Shown in pieces: positions 62,309 through 64,000 of a stretch of 64,000 nucleotides of DNA. The DNA is from Eledone cirrhosa. Its lineage: Eukaryota. The DNA is taken from the NCBI GenBank assembly GCA_964016885.1, contig CAXHJY010001189.1:62001-126000 (forward strand), read 5' to 3'. Made by a program: the position numbers and the translations under genes. The notes under the pieces were generated by a model. That model ran no database searches. It saw only the letters and a program-made list of their open reading frames with translations, and was not told the DNA's origin. The number at the start of each line of letters is the position of its first letter. Position 1 is the stretch's first letter.

Positions 62309-62575
62309 GTACAGATGCTCTCTTAGAGTTACTCTGATCTATACAGGTGTTTCATTAACGTCACTATCAACTGTACAGGTGTTTCATTAGTGTCACTATC
62401 AACTGTACAGGTGTTTCAGTAGTGTCACTATCAACTGTACAGGTGTTTCATTAGTGTCACTATCAACTGTACAGGTGCTCTTTTGGTGTTATTGTCACCT
62501 GTGTAGGTGCTCTCTTGGTGTCACTGTCACCTGTACAGGTGTTTCATTAGTGTCACTGTCGCTTGTACAGGTGAT
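62309..62575. repeat. 32-bp minisatellite, about 8 copies
   Basis: Unit TACAGGTGTTTCATTAGTGTCACTATCAACTG. Confidence 0.9.
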
Positions 62576-62739
62576 CCCGTGGTGTTGTTTTTTGAAATTA
62601 TACATAAGAACCTGCAGCTTCAGATTATGTTTTGAAGCAAAATGTGATATCAAATTAGTAAAATCAAATATTTTTGTTGTGACAATATTTTTCATTGAAA
62701 TTTTTGTTGTTGTCTCCCCTGCATTTGGGTTGATTCTTG
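62495..62739 (-). CDS. Candidate terminal exon of an unidentified gene entering from the right edge
   Basis: tatatttcag acceptor, open frame RINPNAGETTTKISMKNIVTTKIFDFTNLISHFASKHNLKLQ...; the stop falls within a minisatellite; family not recognised. Confidence 0.35.
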
Positions 62740-63092
62740 CTGAAATATACTAAAGAAATTATATTTATGTGAAATTATATTACATTAAACTGCTGATTTT
62801 AGTGAAGCATAGAAACTGTTATGTGTGTGTGTGTACATACTACATTAATATTTATGTGTATGTATGTCCTACACATTATTAGTTATGTAGAAAAAAAATG
62901 AAGACTAACATTGAACTATTTCTCAAACAAAATGTGACTTATGTATCCAAGTGCTATTTTTATGACATTTAAACTATTATATCTGTGATTATTTTTATGC
63001 CAATTGTGCTTAAACCTTGTTAAAGACATTGTAAGCTGCTTTGACTTGCTGTTGGAATATATATATATATATATTTTTTTTTTTTTGGCACC

Positions 63093-63950
63093 AGGGCAGT
63101 TGATTGGTAGCATTGTTAGAATGTTGGACAAAATGCTTTGCAGTATTTCTTCCAGCTTTTTACATTTTGAGTTCAAATCCTGCCAGGTTTAACTTTATCT
63201 TTCATACTTCTCAGGGTGGATAAAATAAATACCAGTAAATTTCTGGAGTGGATATAATTGAGTTTTCCCTCCCAAAAATTGTTGACCTTGTGCCTAAATT
63301 AGAAATCCAAAGGCAGTGGGTTGGCAGAACTGTTAGAGCATCAAACAAAATGTTTCATGACATTTTGTTATTGTATTTGACATTCTGAGTTAAAATCCTG
63401 CTGAGGGCAACTTTGCTTTTCATCCTTCTGGGTTTGATAAAAATAAAGTACCAGTAAAATACTGGGTTTGATATGATGAACTTTCCCCTCCCCACAAATT
63501 GCTTGTGTTGTGCCTAAATTAGAAATTATTATTTTATTTGGTACAAAGGCAGTGGATTGGCAGTATCAGTAGAGCATTGGACAACATGTTTTGAAGCATA
63601 TAGTTATGTTGGTTTATGTTCTGAGTTCAAATCCCACCTAGGTTAGCTTTGCCTGTCAACCTTACGGGATCGATAAAATAAAATACCATTAATGCACTGG
63701 GGTTGATTTAATAGACTTTCCTCTTTCCCAAAATTGTTGGCCCTGTACCTAAATTGGAAACCATTATTTTATTTGATAGGGCGGTGGATTGGCAGTATCG
63801 GTAGAGGGTCGGACGCCATGCTTTCCAGCATAGTTACGTTCCTTTACGATCTGAGTTGCCTTTCATCCCTACGGGGTCGATAAAATAAAGTACCAGTAAT
63901 GCACTGGGTAATTGCTGGCCTTGTGCCTAACGTAGAAACAATTATTTTAT
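63093..63950 (+). mobile_element. Head-to-tail array of four SINE copies
   Basis: Heads at ~63095, 63311, 63547 and 63778, each followed by core and tail. Confidence 0.88.
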
Positions 63951-64000
63951 TTGGTACTGAATTTAGGGAGATGAGTTAGAATGTGATGGTCCTATCCACG

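Noticed and set aside
63778-63860. tRNA genes at A/B-box-containing sites
   Set aside because: The boxes belong to SINE heads followed by SINE core and tail; no cloverleaf could be built.

Overview
AT-rich, microsatellite- and transposon-dense animal genomic DNA. The SINE/RTE repertoire suggests a coleoid cephalopod such as Octopus (inference only). Three spliced protein-coding genes could be rebuilt by hand from GT-AG boundaries with consistent reading phase. (1) YTHDC1, the nuclear m6A reader, lies on the minus strand with 11 coding exons from 40089 to the left window edge. (2) RWDD3/RSUME lies on the plus strand, head-to-head with YTHDC1, with 5 exons at 44536-51726. (3) An ankyrin-repeat/SOCS-box gene (ASB1/ASB12-like) lies on the plus strand with 4 exons at 52713-59711. 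A possible terminal exon of a fourth gene is at 62495-62739. The introns hold a near-full-length RTE LINE with one frameshift, a PHD-like finger and a 5' array of ~390-bp monomers that lies inside its TSD. They also hold an intact piggyBac with a matching MITE family, a dead mariner, relics of CRE/R4/RTE/Penelope-like retroelements, many tRNA-derived SINEs, several MITEs and long hairpins, and a near-canonical type I hammerhead ribozyme in an ASB intron. All calls come from reading the sequence by eye; no searches or folding computations were run.
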